Source: Armatimonadota bacterium (lineage in GTDB: Bacteria; Armatimonadota; SYMT01). Taken from it: DNA of 64,000 bases. The first letter of the stretch is position 1. Each line of letters begins with the position of its first letter. The translations under genes were made by a program, and so were the position numbers. The notes beneath the pieces are model-generated. The model had not been told where the DNA came from. It saw only the letters and a program-made list of their open reading frames with translations, and ran no database searches. Positions 18,413 to 27,896 of this stretch are shown here, piece by piece. Location of the stretch: contig JBKBRF010000015.1 of the NCBI GenBank assembly GCA_046292385.1, positions 1 to 64,000 on the forward strand. Reading direction: 5' to 3'.

Positions 18413-21253
18413 ATGGGGATCAAAATCATAGCCGATGAGCCTCTCCAAAGCGCTCTGATCACCTCCCAGGGGGGCGAGGAGTTCGACGGGAGCTGGCTGC
18501 AGCCTGGGGACGTCCTCCTCGTCTACGCCCATGCCTACGCAGGTCTGACCGGACGACGATCGTACAACGGCGGTCTGCAGGCCGCTGACCGAGTTCTCGC
18601 AGACCCGGACAGCCTGCTCTCGGGTGTAGCCATCATCTCCTTCCAGCCGCGCCGGGGAACCTTAACCGCGCCCTTCGTCCAGGCAGGTTGGGGAGTACTC
18701 CAGGCCGAGGAGCTCATTCCATTCCGACAGCTACCGGCCCAGCCGGCGGAGCTGTTGTCCCTGGTGGAGCAAGCAAGGGGAAGCCACTTGCAGGAGTGGA
18801 AATGGTGGCTGCTCAGACTGGAGGCCTCGGGCCGCCTGCTTCAGGTGACCAACGCTCATTACCGGCACGACTATCGGAACCTGATCGCTGCTGTGCGGAT
18901 TTACCTCGGGGCGCTTCAGGCCGGTGGAGCTCCGGTGTGGAAAGCCCGAGAGGTCCTGGAGGCACTCTCCAGAAAGGAAGCCGAGATCCCTGGAGCCCGA
19001 AGCCCGCAGGTCGACGTGGAAGCGATGGTAGCGGCCTGCGCGAAGCACCGACGGCTCGTCGCGAGGCTCTCGGAACTGGCGCCACCGGACCCCGCGGCCG
19101 AAGCCGCTCCGTGGCGGTCGTGGCTTGAGCGTTATCACCTACAGCGAGCGACCCCGGAGCCTCCGCTGGCCGGCCGTCGGCTGCTCATGCTCGACGACCA
19201 GTATGAGCGGGCAGGCTGGATCTACGTTCTCGACTCCCTCGCGGGTGACGATGGATCCGTGGAGTACACGGACAGCTGGGATGGAGCGAAGAAACAGCTC
19301 GATGGCGACCCCGGCAAGTTTGACCACTTGCTGCTCGACTGCAACCTCAGTGAACATGTTGAGGTCGATCTTCCGACGGGGCTTGAACTCCTTCGCCCGC
19401 TGCGAGCCTACACACAAGATCTGCCCATCGCAATGATGACCGCGTATGACAACGCGGAGCTGGCCCTCTGGGCGCTACGGGCGGGTGCGAACGATTTCTT
19501 CGCCAAAGCTCTCGACGACAACGCGGACCGGGACTCGCTCGACTACTACCTGCGCTTCAAGCGACTTCTTCAGCGGCCAGCATGGGAACGGCGTCTGAGG
19601 GAACTTTGGGTGGAGTTCCGGTCCCTCCTGCCCGTAGCGACGGACTGGCGCGAGTACGAGGCGCAGCTACGTTACGCGTTCTACCTGCTCTTCTCCCTTG
19701 CGGATGGCACCGCATGGTGGGTACATGGTGCCTGCGAGGACGCGAACGGAGACGATGTGCAGGACTTACTCTCCCGTGCGGCAGTGCTGTCCGTGGGTAA
19801 TGCTTCACCGTTCCAGCTAAGTGGGGAAGCCCGAGCCATCTGGGAGGCCGCCAAGCATCCAGGAACCGGTCCAGTCGGCGCCCGGGAGGCGCTGATCGTA
19901 CTGACCGCTGGGGTGGCCGGAATCCAGGCTGGCAGCCTGGGATCTGGCCAAGCTTGTGTTTGGCAGGGAACCAACCTCAATCGAAGGCCGGAGGCGCCTG
20001 CAGGATGCCGTATCGACTTGAAGCGGCTCGCCGGTGTCGCGCCGCCAGCAACGGGAACAGACGCGACCCCCTGTCCCAACTTGGGCCATCTTCAGAGATC
20101 ACGTCTTGGAGCGGTCCAACTGGCAATGGGCTTTCTCTGCGGCAGGCAGGACGTACCCGAAGCCGATCTTGCGTACCTCTTTTCCGAAGCGCCGTCCGAT
20201 GCGATCACCGCTCTGACCGCTCTTCGCGACACCTATCCCGATGTGTTTCGCCGCCGCGTAGTGCAGGGGCCTCCGAGAGTGGTCCTGATCGATGATCAAG
20301 GGGATGGATCGCGTGCCGAGCAGAGGAGCGATTGCAACGGATGGAGGCTTGCACTCGAAATGACGTGTGGGGAACCGGTCGCATGGTATCCCAGTCTCCA
20401 ACGGTTCCTTGAGGCCAACGTCTTAGACAAAACGAATGTCGTGCTCCTCGACCTGTGGTTGGTTGAGGGTCCCTTGGCCGCACCCTCGCCGCAGGTCGGG
20501 TTGAGCGCCCTGAAGACACTAAAGGAACTCGATCCCGGGCTCCCGGTGATTGTCCTGTCGGCAGCGACCGATGCGGTCAACGCGATCCGGTGTCTGCGGC
20601 GTGGAGCCCTGGACTATGTTCCCAAGTGGCTCCCGGAAGAGGCGGGGCCTCCCGCCTGGCAGCGCTTCACGTCGGGCCTCCTTGACCGCATCGCAGCGGC
20701 TAGAAAGCTCGCTGACGGGGATCACCGTGAGATCTGGCAGCGGATACGCACGATCCGGGAACGACTTCCCAGGCCGACGGGAGACCGGGAGTGTTCTGCA
20801 GCGATGGGCACACTTGGCTTCTGGGACCAGGTCCGGCAGGAGTTCTATCATTACCTACTTCCGGCGATTATCCTGTACCATACGCACCGCGTGAATACCC
20901 TGCTAGGCGGCCGTATCCCACCCCTGGATGCTTGGCGGGTGCGGGGTTTACTCCAGACCCAGAGCAGCTTGCTTCGTGATGCGGTCTTGCTCGCCGGTCG
21001 TGCTGTGGAGTTCCTCGGCTGGGCGCAGTACTGTGAGCGCAGTGGCGTTAGCTTAACGCCCCTGTATTGGCCCGTGGAGAGGGCCGAATGGATCAGAAGG
21101 GCGTCCAGCCACGCCGGTCGCGTTTGGGAAGAGCGCCTGCGAGTGAAGGACCCGCTCCGACCCAGGCCTGCCGGCTGGCGCGTCGACTCTTCCAACGTGG
21201 CGAGGGTCCTCCGTTCGGCACTTCAGGCGCTTGATGACTTCGAAAACCAGTAG
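18413..21253 (+). CDS. Multi-receiver protein (one degenerate and two canonical REC domains)
   Basis: HDYRN helix; LMLDDQ/LLDCNL/MMTA/FFAK; VLIDDQ/LLDLWL/VLSA/YVPK. Confidence 0.78.
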   Translation: MGIKIIADEPLQSALITSQGGEEFDGSWLQPGDVLLVYAHAYAGLTGRRSYNGGLQAADRVLADPDSLLSGVAIISFQPRRGTLTAPFVQAGWGVLQAEELIPFRQLPAQPAELLSLVEQARGSHLQEWKWWLLRLEASGRLLQVTNAHYRHDYRNLIAAVRIYLGALQAGGAPVWKAREVLEALSRKEAEIPGARSPQVDVEAMVAACAKHRRLVARLSELAPPDPAAEAAPWRSWLERYHLQRATPEPPLAGRRLLMLDDQYERAGWIYVLDSLAGDDGSVEYTDSWDGAKKQLDGDPGKFDHLLLDCNLSEHVEVDLPTGLELLRPLRAYTQDLPIAMMTAYDNAELALWALRAGANDFFAKALDDNADRDSLDYYLRFKRLLQRPAWERRLRELWVEFRSLLPVATDWREYEAQLRYAFYLLFSLADGTAWWVHGACEDANGDDVQDLLSRAAVLSVGNASPFQLSGEARAIWEAAKHPGTGPVGAREALIVLTAGVAGIQAGSLGSGQACVWQGTNLNRRPEAPAGCRIDLKRLAGVAPPATGTDATPCPNLGHLQRSRLGAVQLAMGFLCGRQDVPEADLAYLFSEAPSDAITALTALRDTYPDVFRRRVVQGPPRVVLIDDQGDGSRAEQRSDCNGWRLALEMTCGEPVAWYPSLQRFLEANVLDKTNVVLLDLWLVEGPLAAPSPQVGLSALKTLKELDPGLPVIVLSAATDAVNAIRCLRRGALDYVPKWLPEEAGPPAWQRFTSGLLDRIAAARKLADGDHREIWQRIRTIRERLPRPTGDRECSAAMGTLGFWDQVRQEFYHYLLPAIILYHTHRVNTLLGGRIPPLDAWRVRGLLQTQSSLLRDAVLLAGRAVEFLGWAQYCERSGVSLTPLYWPVERAEWIRRASSHAGRVWEERLRVKDPLRPRPAGWRVDSSNVARVLRSALQALDDFENQ

Positions 21254-21328
21254 CACCGTTCCGTCTTCCGGACAGGTGCTAACCGGCGCGCGAGGAAAGC
21301 GCGCCAAACGAGAAGGGCGAACAGCCAG

Positions 21329-22399
21329 ATGGCGGTCCAGGCCAGACCAGTGATCCTCGATAGCGACCCGGGAGTAGACGATGCCCTGGGCATTCTCCTC
21401 GCGGTGCGTTCCCCGGAAGTGGACCTGAAAGCGGTGACCGTTTGCGCTGGCAACGTAGGCCTCGATCAGTGCGCGCTGAATGCGCTGAAGACGCTGCGAG
21501 TGGCCGGCGCGAGTCCCGCGATTCCCGTGGCGAGAGGCGCGGTCCGGCCGCTGCGTCGAAGTCCGTTCCGTGCTCCCGGCACTCATGGTCCAGATGGCTT
21601 GGGCGACGTCTCCAAAGCCGCTTATCCGAACCCACCAGCGCGAGAACTGGATGCGCGGCACGCAGTTGAGGTCATTGTCGACTTAGCCCGCGCGCATCCC
21701 GATGCGCGCGAGGACGGAGTTCCCCCGGAGCGGTGTCTTACGATTGTTGCCACGGGCCCGCTCACGAATATCGCACTCGCAATCAGCGCAGATCCAGGCG
21801 CCATGCGGCGCGTAGGCCGAATCATTTGGATGGGCGGCGCCTATGCGACTCACGGCAACGCCACCCCGGTCGCGGAGTTCAATGCCTTTTGTGATCCGGA
21901 CGCAGCGCAGGAGGTGCTGTCGTTCGGAGTACCGACCACAGTGATAGGACTCGATGCGTCCCTGCGTTGCCCTCTCATGCGAGACGACCTCCGCCAAATC
22001 ATGGAGAGCAGTTCATCCCCCGTCGCGCGGTACGCCTGGGCGATTTCGCAGTTCTCCATGGACTTCCGCCGGGACTACGAGGGGGTTGACGGCTGCTATT
22101 TGCATGATCCACTGGCGGTTGGACTGGCGATTCAGCCAACACTGACTACCTGCAGCGAACTCCATCGTGTACATGTGGTTACGGAGCCGGGCGTCACGTG
22201 TGGGATGACGGTGATTGACCGTCGCCCCCGGCATGGGGGGACGGATGCCGCGCGCGACGCAAGGTGTGCGCGGCGGAACCGCTGGGAATCCGGAGTGCTG
22301 GAGGGCTTTGGACTGGATCTGTCCTCTCATCCTGTCGAAGTCGTCTTCAGCGTCGACCGAGCGGCGTTCCTCGGCCGCTTCGCGAGCTGCCTCAGCTGA
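21329..22399 (+). CDS. Inosine-uridine-preferring nucleoside hydrolase family protein
   Basis: DSDPGVDD, TGPLTNIA, MGG, AEFNAFCDPDAA, LHDPLAV. Confidence 0.95.
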   Translation: MAVQARPVILDSDPGVDDALGILLAVRSPEVDLKAVTVCAGNVGLDQCALNALKTLRVAGASPAIPVARGAVRPLRRSPFRAPGTHGPDGLGDVSKAAYPNPPARELDARHAVEVIVDLARAHPDAREDGVPPERCLTIVATGPLTNIALAISADPGAMRRVGRIIWMGGAYATHGNATPVAEFNAFCDPDAAQEVLSFGVPTTVIGLDASLRCPLMRDDLRQIMESSSSPVARYAWAISQFSMDFRRDYEGVDGCYLHDPLAVGLAIQPTLTTCSELHRVHVVTEPGVTCGMTVIDRRPRHGGTDAARDARCARRNRWESGVLEGFGLDLSSHPVEVVFSVDRAAFLGRFASCLS

Positions 22400-22554
22400 T
22401 CCAGGTAGGGATCGTTCGCGACCACGCTCGATCGGCGGTTGGAGCATCGCGGCAGGTGAAATGGCACCATGTTCCGCGGAAGGGACGCCCCACCTGCGGT
22501 CACTGCACTCGTCGGACGCCCGGTCCTGTATCACGCAAACGCCCGCAGGTAATC

Positions 22555-22573
22555 TGACACTCCATCCGGAACA
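22555..22573 (+). promoter_or_regulatory. Recurrent motif, copy 5
   Basis: TGACACTccatccGGAACA in the 450-bp gap upstream of 22850. Confidence 0.55.
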
Positions 22574-22849
22574 CGATCCGTGAACATTACGGCGAGAACG
22601 CCAGTCTGCGCCGCATCCCTTTTTGCCACGAGCGAGTTCGAGAATCCCGGCGAGGCTCGCTCGGATCGGGTGCCAACTAGGTTTGCGCCCTGGCGGGTAT
22701 CTCCCAGCTTCGGCGGCGGCTCCAACAGCCACGGATGCTTGAGGGTTCTAGCCGGTACTGGGCGCGCCGCGCGAAGCTGAACGAGTCGTGCCGCCACAGT
22801 CCGGCGAACACGACGCCAGGAACGGTCTCACAGATGGGACAAGGGCAGC

Positions 22850-24004
22850 ATGATCTCCGAGCCACCAGCTGACACGATGCCAGGCGAACAAAGTGTCGTT
22901 GACAGCGGGTCGCTCGTTGTCGCTGCGGACCCTGCTATCGCCAAAGCGCTCGAGCGATCGTTATCCGCACGAGGCTGGCAGATCATCCGGGAGGACCTGC
23001 CTGAAACTGCGGGTCGCCCCTGCACCTCACTCCTCCCTCCCGACGAAGATTGGATCGAGAACTGGGCACGTGCGATTTGCAGCACGCTCGGTTCGGCTCA
23101 CTCACCGGCACTCTTGGTTTTCGCCCACCCCGGAGCAGGAATGCGCCGGCGTTCCTACGGCTTTCTCCTAACCGAGCGTGTCTGGAGTGAGCAGACCGCA
23201 CCTACGGTGATCGCAGTGCTCGATCCGTCGGCCGCAGCCAGAGAAGGGACTCGGCGGGTCAGGGAAACGGGCGGGGTGCCCTGCCTCTTGACCTGCGAGC
23301 TCTCCGGGTCCATGCGTTCCTCTTTGAAGGCTCCGGCCCCCGTGCTCTGGGACTGTTTAGGCGGGCTGGACGAGCTCGAGACTGCCTTGGCCCGGGCCCG
23401 TGAGTGTTTCGGTGCGAACGCAGACACCATCTCGCGGCAACTCCGGAACCAGCTCCAGGCGGAGCGCGAAGAGCGAGACCGCCGGCGCCGGGAGCGGGTC
23501 CGCACGGCTCTATCGGAGATACGCCGGCTGGTGCTGGCGGATTTGCTGAGTCTCCTTGCCGTAGAACCGGCAGCTGGGTCCAGCGAATGGTCCCAGGCGC
23601 TGCGGAGGCTCGCGGGCCGGTTCTTCCGCGTGGTCGAGGCAGGGCGGGAGCCCTGGGGAGAGTTTCCGCAGGTTCTCGATGAAAGCCCCGCACCATTCCG
23701 GATGGCTTATCGCTCACTTGCCACCCACCTGGGCCTACTCCCACCCGCGTTCACGGGTGAACTGCGGAGCAATCCATTTCGGCTAGATCCCGCGCACCCA
23801 CTCTGGCAGCCGGAAACTGACGGAACGGTCCGCCCTTCGCTCCCGGGCGGCTGCGACTTCAGGGAGTGGGGTGCTTCGCTGGACGCATCCCTGCTATCGC
23901 TCATCCACTCCGTCGCCGGGTGCGAAGACACACGTAGCGACCAAGAGCCTGAGTTTTGCACGGGGGGCGAGTCGCTGGCTCAAGACGCCTCCCCGGTGCA
24001 GTGA
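22850..24004 (+). CDS. Hypothetical protein, possibly with a degenerate REC-like N-terminus
   Basis: 384-aa ORF ending 12 bp before 24017; LVVAADPAIAKALERSLSARGW resembles REC beta1-alpha1. Confidence 0.5.
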   Translation: MISEPPADTMPGEQSVVDSGSLVVAADPAIAKALERSLSARGWQIIREDLPETAGRPCTSLLPPDEDWIENWARAICSTLGSAHSPALLVFAHPGAGMRRRSYGFLLTERVWSEQTAPTVIAVLDPSAAAREGTRRVRETGGVPCLLTCELSGSMRSSLKAPAPVLWDCLGGLDELETALARARECFGANADTISRQLRNQLQAEREERDRRRRERVRTALSEIRRLVLADLLSLLAVEPAAGSSEWSQALRRLAGRFFRVVEAGREPWGEFPQVLDESPAPFRMAYRSLATHLGLLPPAFTGELRSNPFRLDPAHPLWQPETDGTVRPSLPGGCDFREWGASLDASLLSLIHSVAGCEDTRSDQEPEFCTGGESLAQDASPVQ

Positions 24005-24016
24005 CCAAGAACCTAA

Positions 24017-27000
24017 ATGCTACACGTCGTGCTCGACTGGTTCGAAGACGAATTCGCGGAGCCGCTGGCCTTCTCGCAACGGCTCTTGGCGCAGTTTCCG
24101 GCGAGGAGCACGTGGTCGTGGCTCGGTGCAACGCCACCGAAGGGCGCCGCAGAGAGCACGCCGCTTCGTCTGGAGCTCCTGGCAAAGGCCTGGGACTGCC
24201 TGGTGGGTCGCCAGCCCGTGGTGGTGGTATCCGCAGCGCCGCCACCGACCGAGGGACCACTCGCACTGGGTTGGGAGCATCTCGGTGAGAGAGAGCTATT
24301 CGACGGCACCGTCCCGCTGCCTTCTGCTACCGAAAACGCCGGGTGGCTGATTTGGATGTCGCTCGAGTCGCTTCAGATCCGGGTGTGGTCCTCAAGAGCG
24401 GATCGCGACCGGCTGGTGGATACCCTTTGGGGTTACGTTTCTCACCGTCTGGACGACGCATGGGAGCAGACGCAGCACGGCGGCGCATGGGACCTGGCTA
24501 ACGAAGGATTCGGACCTCTCCTCTTGTTTTTGCTGGAATCAGCGGTTAACGAGGGAGCGTGGAAACGCCTCCAGCGTCTGGCCGGCCCTTCGGATGGCGC
24601 GTCCTTCTCACCCTGGCGGCCCTGTCTGGATGCCGTCCTCGGCGGTCCGGTCTGTACAACGTACGATCGCATCCTATCCCGTGCAGGAGCGGCGGTGTTA
24701 CAAAGTGGCGCGCAGCCCCAACCGCCGCACCTGCGGATTGGCGCCGTGCACACTGCGCTCCGCGATCTTCGCCAGTGGCGGGATTGCCCTACGCGTCCCG
24801 AAGGGGACGGATTGGCCGATGCCATCTATCTTCTCTTCTGTGCAGCGAGTTCGGCCCATCGCGCGCGGCCCGGGACGAACGCACCGATCTGCGTCCGTCC
24901 GAAGACCCCGCCGGAACCGCTACGCCCGCCGTCCGGAAGGGCCGTGGAGGGGCGGTTGCTGGTAGTGGACGATACGCCGGCTGCTTGGATGCCCGTGTTC
25001 GAGTGGCTCGTAGACTCCGCGGGCTGGGAGATCTACTTTTGCTTGGATCCCGAACGAGAAGTCGGACTCGGCGGCGGCCGATCCGCGCCGCTGTTCTCCT
25101 GCCTGCACTACTTCGACACTGTACTCGCTGATGTGCGTTTTCCGGGTTCTGAGGCCCGGGGTCTGGTCAGCGCGGTCGAGATCAAGTCCAGGCGTCCCGA
25201 ACTGCCCGTCGTGATGTGGACCTGCTCGGAGAGCACGGAGCAGGCTGCAAGGGGTTCGCACGCCAGTGCCTACTTGTTTAAGAAGAGGCTGACACTTTTT
25301 CGCGAGGGTGCGCGGCTTTTCGACCCGGTGGGAGGGGTGCCCGTTCCATGTGAGCCGCTGGCGAAGCGGCTTCAGGACTTCGCGAGCGATCACCGCCAGT
25401 ACCAGCAGGGACGGCTCCTACACCCCGTTTTTGACGCCGGCGTTCGAGCCGGGCCGCTCCGGCGTCTCTGCAGCGATGTCGCGGAGTACGCGATGGGGGT
25501 CCTGGGCAGTTTCCACGCGCAGAACGATCAGTACTTCCGGTACTTCAACTCTAACGGCCTGGAGCACAGCCTCCGCGTGCTGGACCATGCCGCACATCTG
25601 GTTCAGTCGCTGCTCCAGCCACCATATCGGGATGGTGGGCTGGAACGGAGTGCCCGGCCTACCCCGCGCGAGACGTTCCTGTTATCAGGTGAGGACCTAG
25701 CGCTGCTCTACTGCGCCTGCTTCCTCCACGATCTCGGCATGTTTCCGGAGGCTTCAGGCAGGGCGGCTGAGAGCACCGCCGAAGGCCGGGTGACATGGGC
25801 GCCCTTCAGAATCGCTCGGTCTATCGTTCAGGGCCTGCTGCCCACGGGCGATACTCCGGTTGTTGAGCTCTCCAAGTCACTTAGCCCGCTCCTGGCCGCG
25901 GCCTGTTTGCTCCGCTCACCGGACTGCGCATTAGACGTGTGGTTCGCCGGCCCGGCTAATCGAGACTGGCTCTCCCCCACCCTACTCCCCGGTGCGCGGG
26001 AGCGATTCCCGGATGTGCTCGAGGCAGTCAGCCGGCTGGAGCCTGCCGCACGCTTGAGAGCAGGCGTGATCGGAGCACTCCTCCGCCTGGCAGACGCCCT
26101 CGACTGCGACGAGCGCAGGGTTCCCCCGGCGTTCCTCCGCCGGGATCCCGTGGTGCCGGAAGATCAGCACCTCGAATACCTAAGGCACCAAGCCGTCAAG
26201 AGAGTGGAGTGGGAGCCGGGGAGCGTCCGCCTCATCCTGGGGGCCGTTCCGCCCTCTACGGGCGACGGGTCGGTGGAAAGCCAGGATGCCGATTTACGTG
26301 CCGCGCTGAGGGCTTACTGGTACCGGGAGGGAAGAATCTCCCGTGCATCGCTCTGGTCTCTCGCCGCAGGTTCCGCGAGGGCGCACCTCGCGAGCACCTG
26401 GAACAGCGTCGCGCCCGTCCGAAACCTGCTGCGGACGTGGGAGTTCGACCGGATCGAGTATCACGCCTTACCGGCCGGTGACTTGCCCGTCGATGTGCCC
26501 GGAGACCTTGAGATCGACAAGTGCTCACCGGTTATCAGCCTCCCGAAGAAAGAGCGCCTGAGTGCTGTGGACTGGGCGCTATTCCGCGATCTGTTCCCGG
26601 AGGCGTCTGGCCTAACGGCCGAGCCCTTGGGGGGAGGTTTCAGCGGGAGCCGCGTGTATGCGGTTCGACAAGGCGAGGTGCATGGGGTCCGGCTTGCTCC
26701 CAAGGTGGTGAAGATCGATGTGCGCCCAAGTCTGGAACGAGAAGTCGAACGATACCGGCGGTACCTCGTGCCGCACTTCCCCGCCGAACACCTCATCGGG
26801 GAAGTCGGCCTAGCGCGGGTGCGAGATCGGGACGCGCTCGTCGGCAGCCTGGCAGGCGAGGGGGAGTACCAGACACTGCACGATGTGTTCGGCGGCTATA
26901 GAACGCTGAAACCCGTTCGCTCCCTCGTTCACGCAGTGCTGGATCAACTCTCCCAGCGGGTACTCTCGGTCGCTGCACAGCCGTGCACCCGCTCGTTTGA

Positions 27001-27718
27001 CCTCGACGCCGAGACCGGCCGGCCCTGGAACTGGGATTGGGACCTGCGCGGGCGGATCTCCAGGGCACGCGGCCACTTGGCTGAGGAGAACCTACCGCAG
27101 GCGGATCAGTGGATTGCGAGATTAGAAGCGCTCAGTTGGGCCTGCGCCCCAGACTTCGGAGAGCCAACGGGGGACGGCGCGCCGATCCCGGACAGCCCAT
27201 TCGGGAGGCTCATGATGGGTGAAGCCGGCCTCGTGCATGGGGATCTCAATTGGCGAAACGTGCTGGTTGGCGGCGGCTCCTGGCCGCCGAGGTTCGTGGT
27301 CATTGATTACTCCGAAGCGGGACCATGGCTGTGCTTCGCGGACTACGCGAAGCTGGAGTGGACCTACAAGCTGGAGCGCGTTCCACCAAATGGCGATCAC
27401 GAGATCTATCGACGAATCAAGAGAGAAGAGGTCTGGCTGCAGCACGAGTGGCTCTGCCCGGTTGCCGGCCTTGATGAGAATAGCCCCATTGAGCTGCGCC
27501 TCCGGGCGCTTGCCGCTCGGGACGGCCTGCGCGACCGCTTTGCGGTCCGGCCCGACGAGTACCGCACCCTCTACACCGGCACGCTGCTCTACTACTGCCT
27601 GGCCTATCTCAGCTACGCGCTCCCCCGCCCCGAGTTGACCCGCCCTTACCTGATTACTTGCGCCGAGCTGTACATTCGCTGGCTGCAGCGATGGACGGGC
27701 TTGGGTTCGCAGTCCTGA
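24017..27718 (+). CDS. REC, HD-superfamily domain and APH/kinase-like phosphotransferase fusion
   Basis: LLVVDDT/LADVRFP/VMWT/FKK; HSLRV...FLHDLGM...LRLADALD; GGGFSGSRV, VVKID, HGDLNWRNV, IDY. Confidence 0.8.
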   Translation: MLHVVLDWFEDEFAEPLAFSQRLLAQFPARSTWSWLGATPPKGAAESTPLRLELLAKAWDCLVGRQPVVVVSAAPPPTEGPLALGWEHLGERELFDGTVPLPSATENAGWLIWMSLESLQIRVWSSRADRDRLVDTLWGYVSHRLDDAWEQTQHGGAWDLANEGFGPLLLFLLESAVNEGAWKRLQRLAGPSDGASFSPWRPCLDAVLGGPVCTTYDRILSRAGAAVLQSGAQPQPPHLRIGAVHTALRDLRQWRDCPTRPEGDGLADAIYLLFCAASSAHRARPGTNAPICVRPKTPPEPLRPPSGRAVEGRLLVVDDTPAAWMPVFEWLVDSAGWEIYFCLDPEREVGLGGGRSAPLFSCLHYFDTVLADVRFPGSEARGLVSAVEIKSRRPELPVVMWTCSESTEQAARGSHASAYLFKKRLTLFREGARLFDPVGGVPVPCEPLAKRLQDFASDHRQYQQGRLLHPVFDAGVRAGPLRRLCSDVAEYAMGVLGSFHAQNDQYFRYFNSNGLEHSLRVLDHAAHLVQSLLQPPYRDGGLERSARPTPRETFLLSGEDLALLYCACFLHDLGMFPEASGRAAESTAEGRVTWAPFRIARSIVQGLLPTGDTPVVELSKSLSPLLAAACLLRSPDCALDVWFAGPANRDWLSPTLLPGARERFPDVLEAVSRLEPAARLRAGVIGALLRLADALDCDERRVPPAFLRRDPVVPEDQHLEYLRHQAVKRVEWEPGSVRLILGAVPPSTGDGSVESQDADLRAALRAYWYREGRISRASLWSLAAGSARAHLASTWNSVAPVRNLLRTWEFDRIEYHALPAGDLPVDVPGDLEIDKCSPVISLPKKERLSAVDWALFRDLFPEASGLTAEPLGGGFSGSRVYAVRQGEVHGVRLAPKVVKIDVRPSLEREVERYRRYLVPHFPAEHLIGEVGLARVRDRDALVGSLAGEGEYQTLHDVFGGYRTLKPVRSLVHAVLDQLSQRVLSVAAQPCTRSFDLDAETGRPWNWDWDLRGRISRARGHLAEENLPQADQWIARLEALSWACAPDFGEPTGDGAPIPDSPFGRLMMGEAGLVHGDLNWRNVLVGGGSWPPRFVVIDYSEAGPWLCFADYAKLEWTYKLERVPPNGDHEIYRRIKREEVWLQHEWLCPVAGLDENSPIELRLRALAARDGLRDRFAVRPDEYRTLYTGTLLYYCLAYLSYALPRPELTRPYLITCAELYIRWLQRWTGLGSQS

Positions 27719-27896
27719 CACTCGGAGCCGAAGCTGGGCGGTTACAGTGAGATGAACCACAGCGAGCCCACCCGCGACTTGGCGGGCCGCGCAGAGTGTG
27801 ACTTTACTCCTGCTCGAGCGGGAAAGCCGGGAGGCCATGAGCGACCTGGCGAAGAACTTTCAGATAGTCAGGCGCTTGATCCCTTGGGTAGCGTAA

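Noticed and set aside
22629..22660. CGAGCGAG/CTCGCTCG hairpin containing GTTCGAG as a possible tRNA
   Set aside because: No cloverleaf or CCA end; only a short stem
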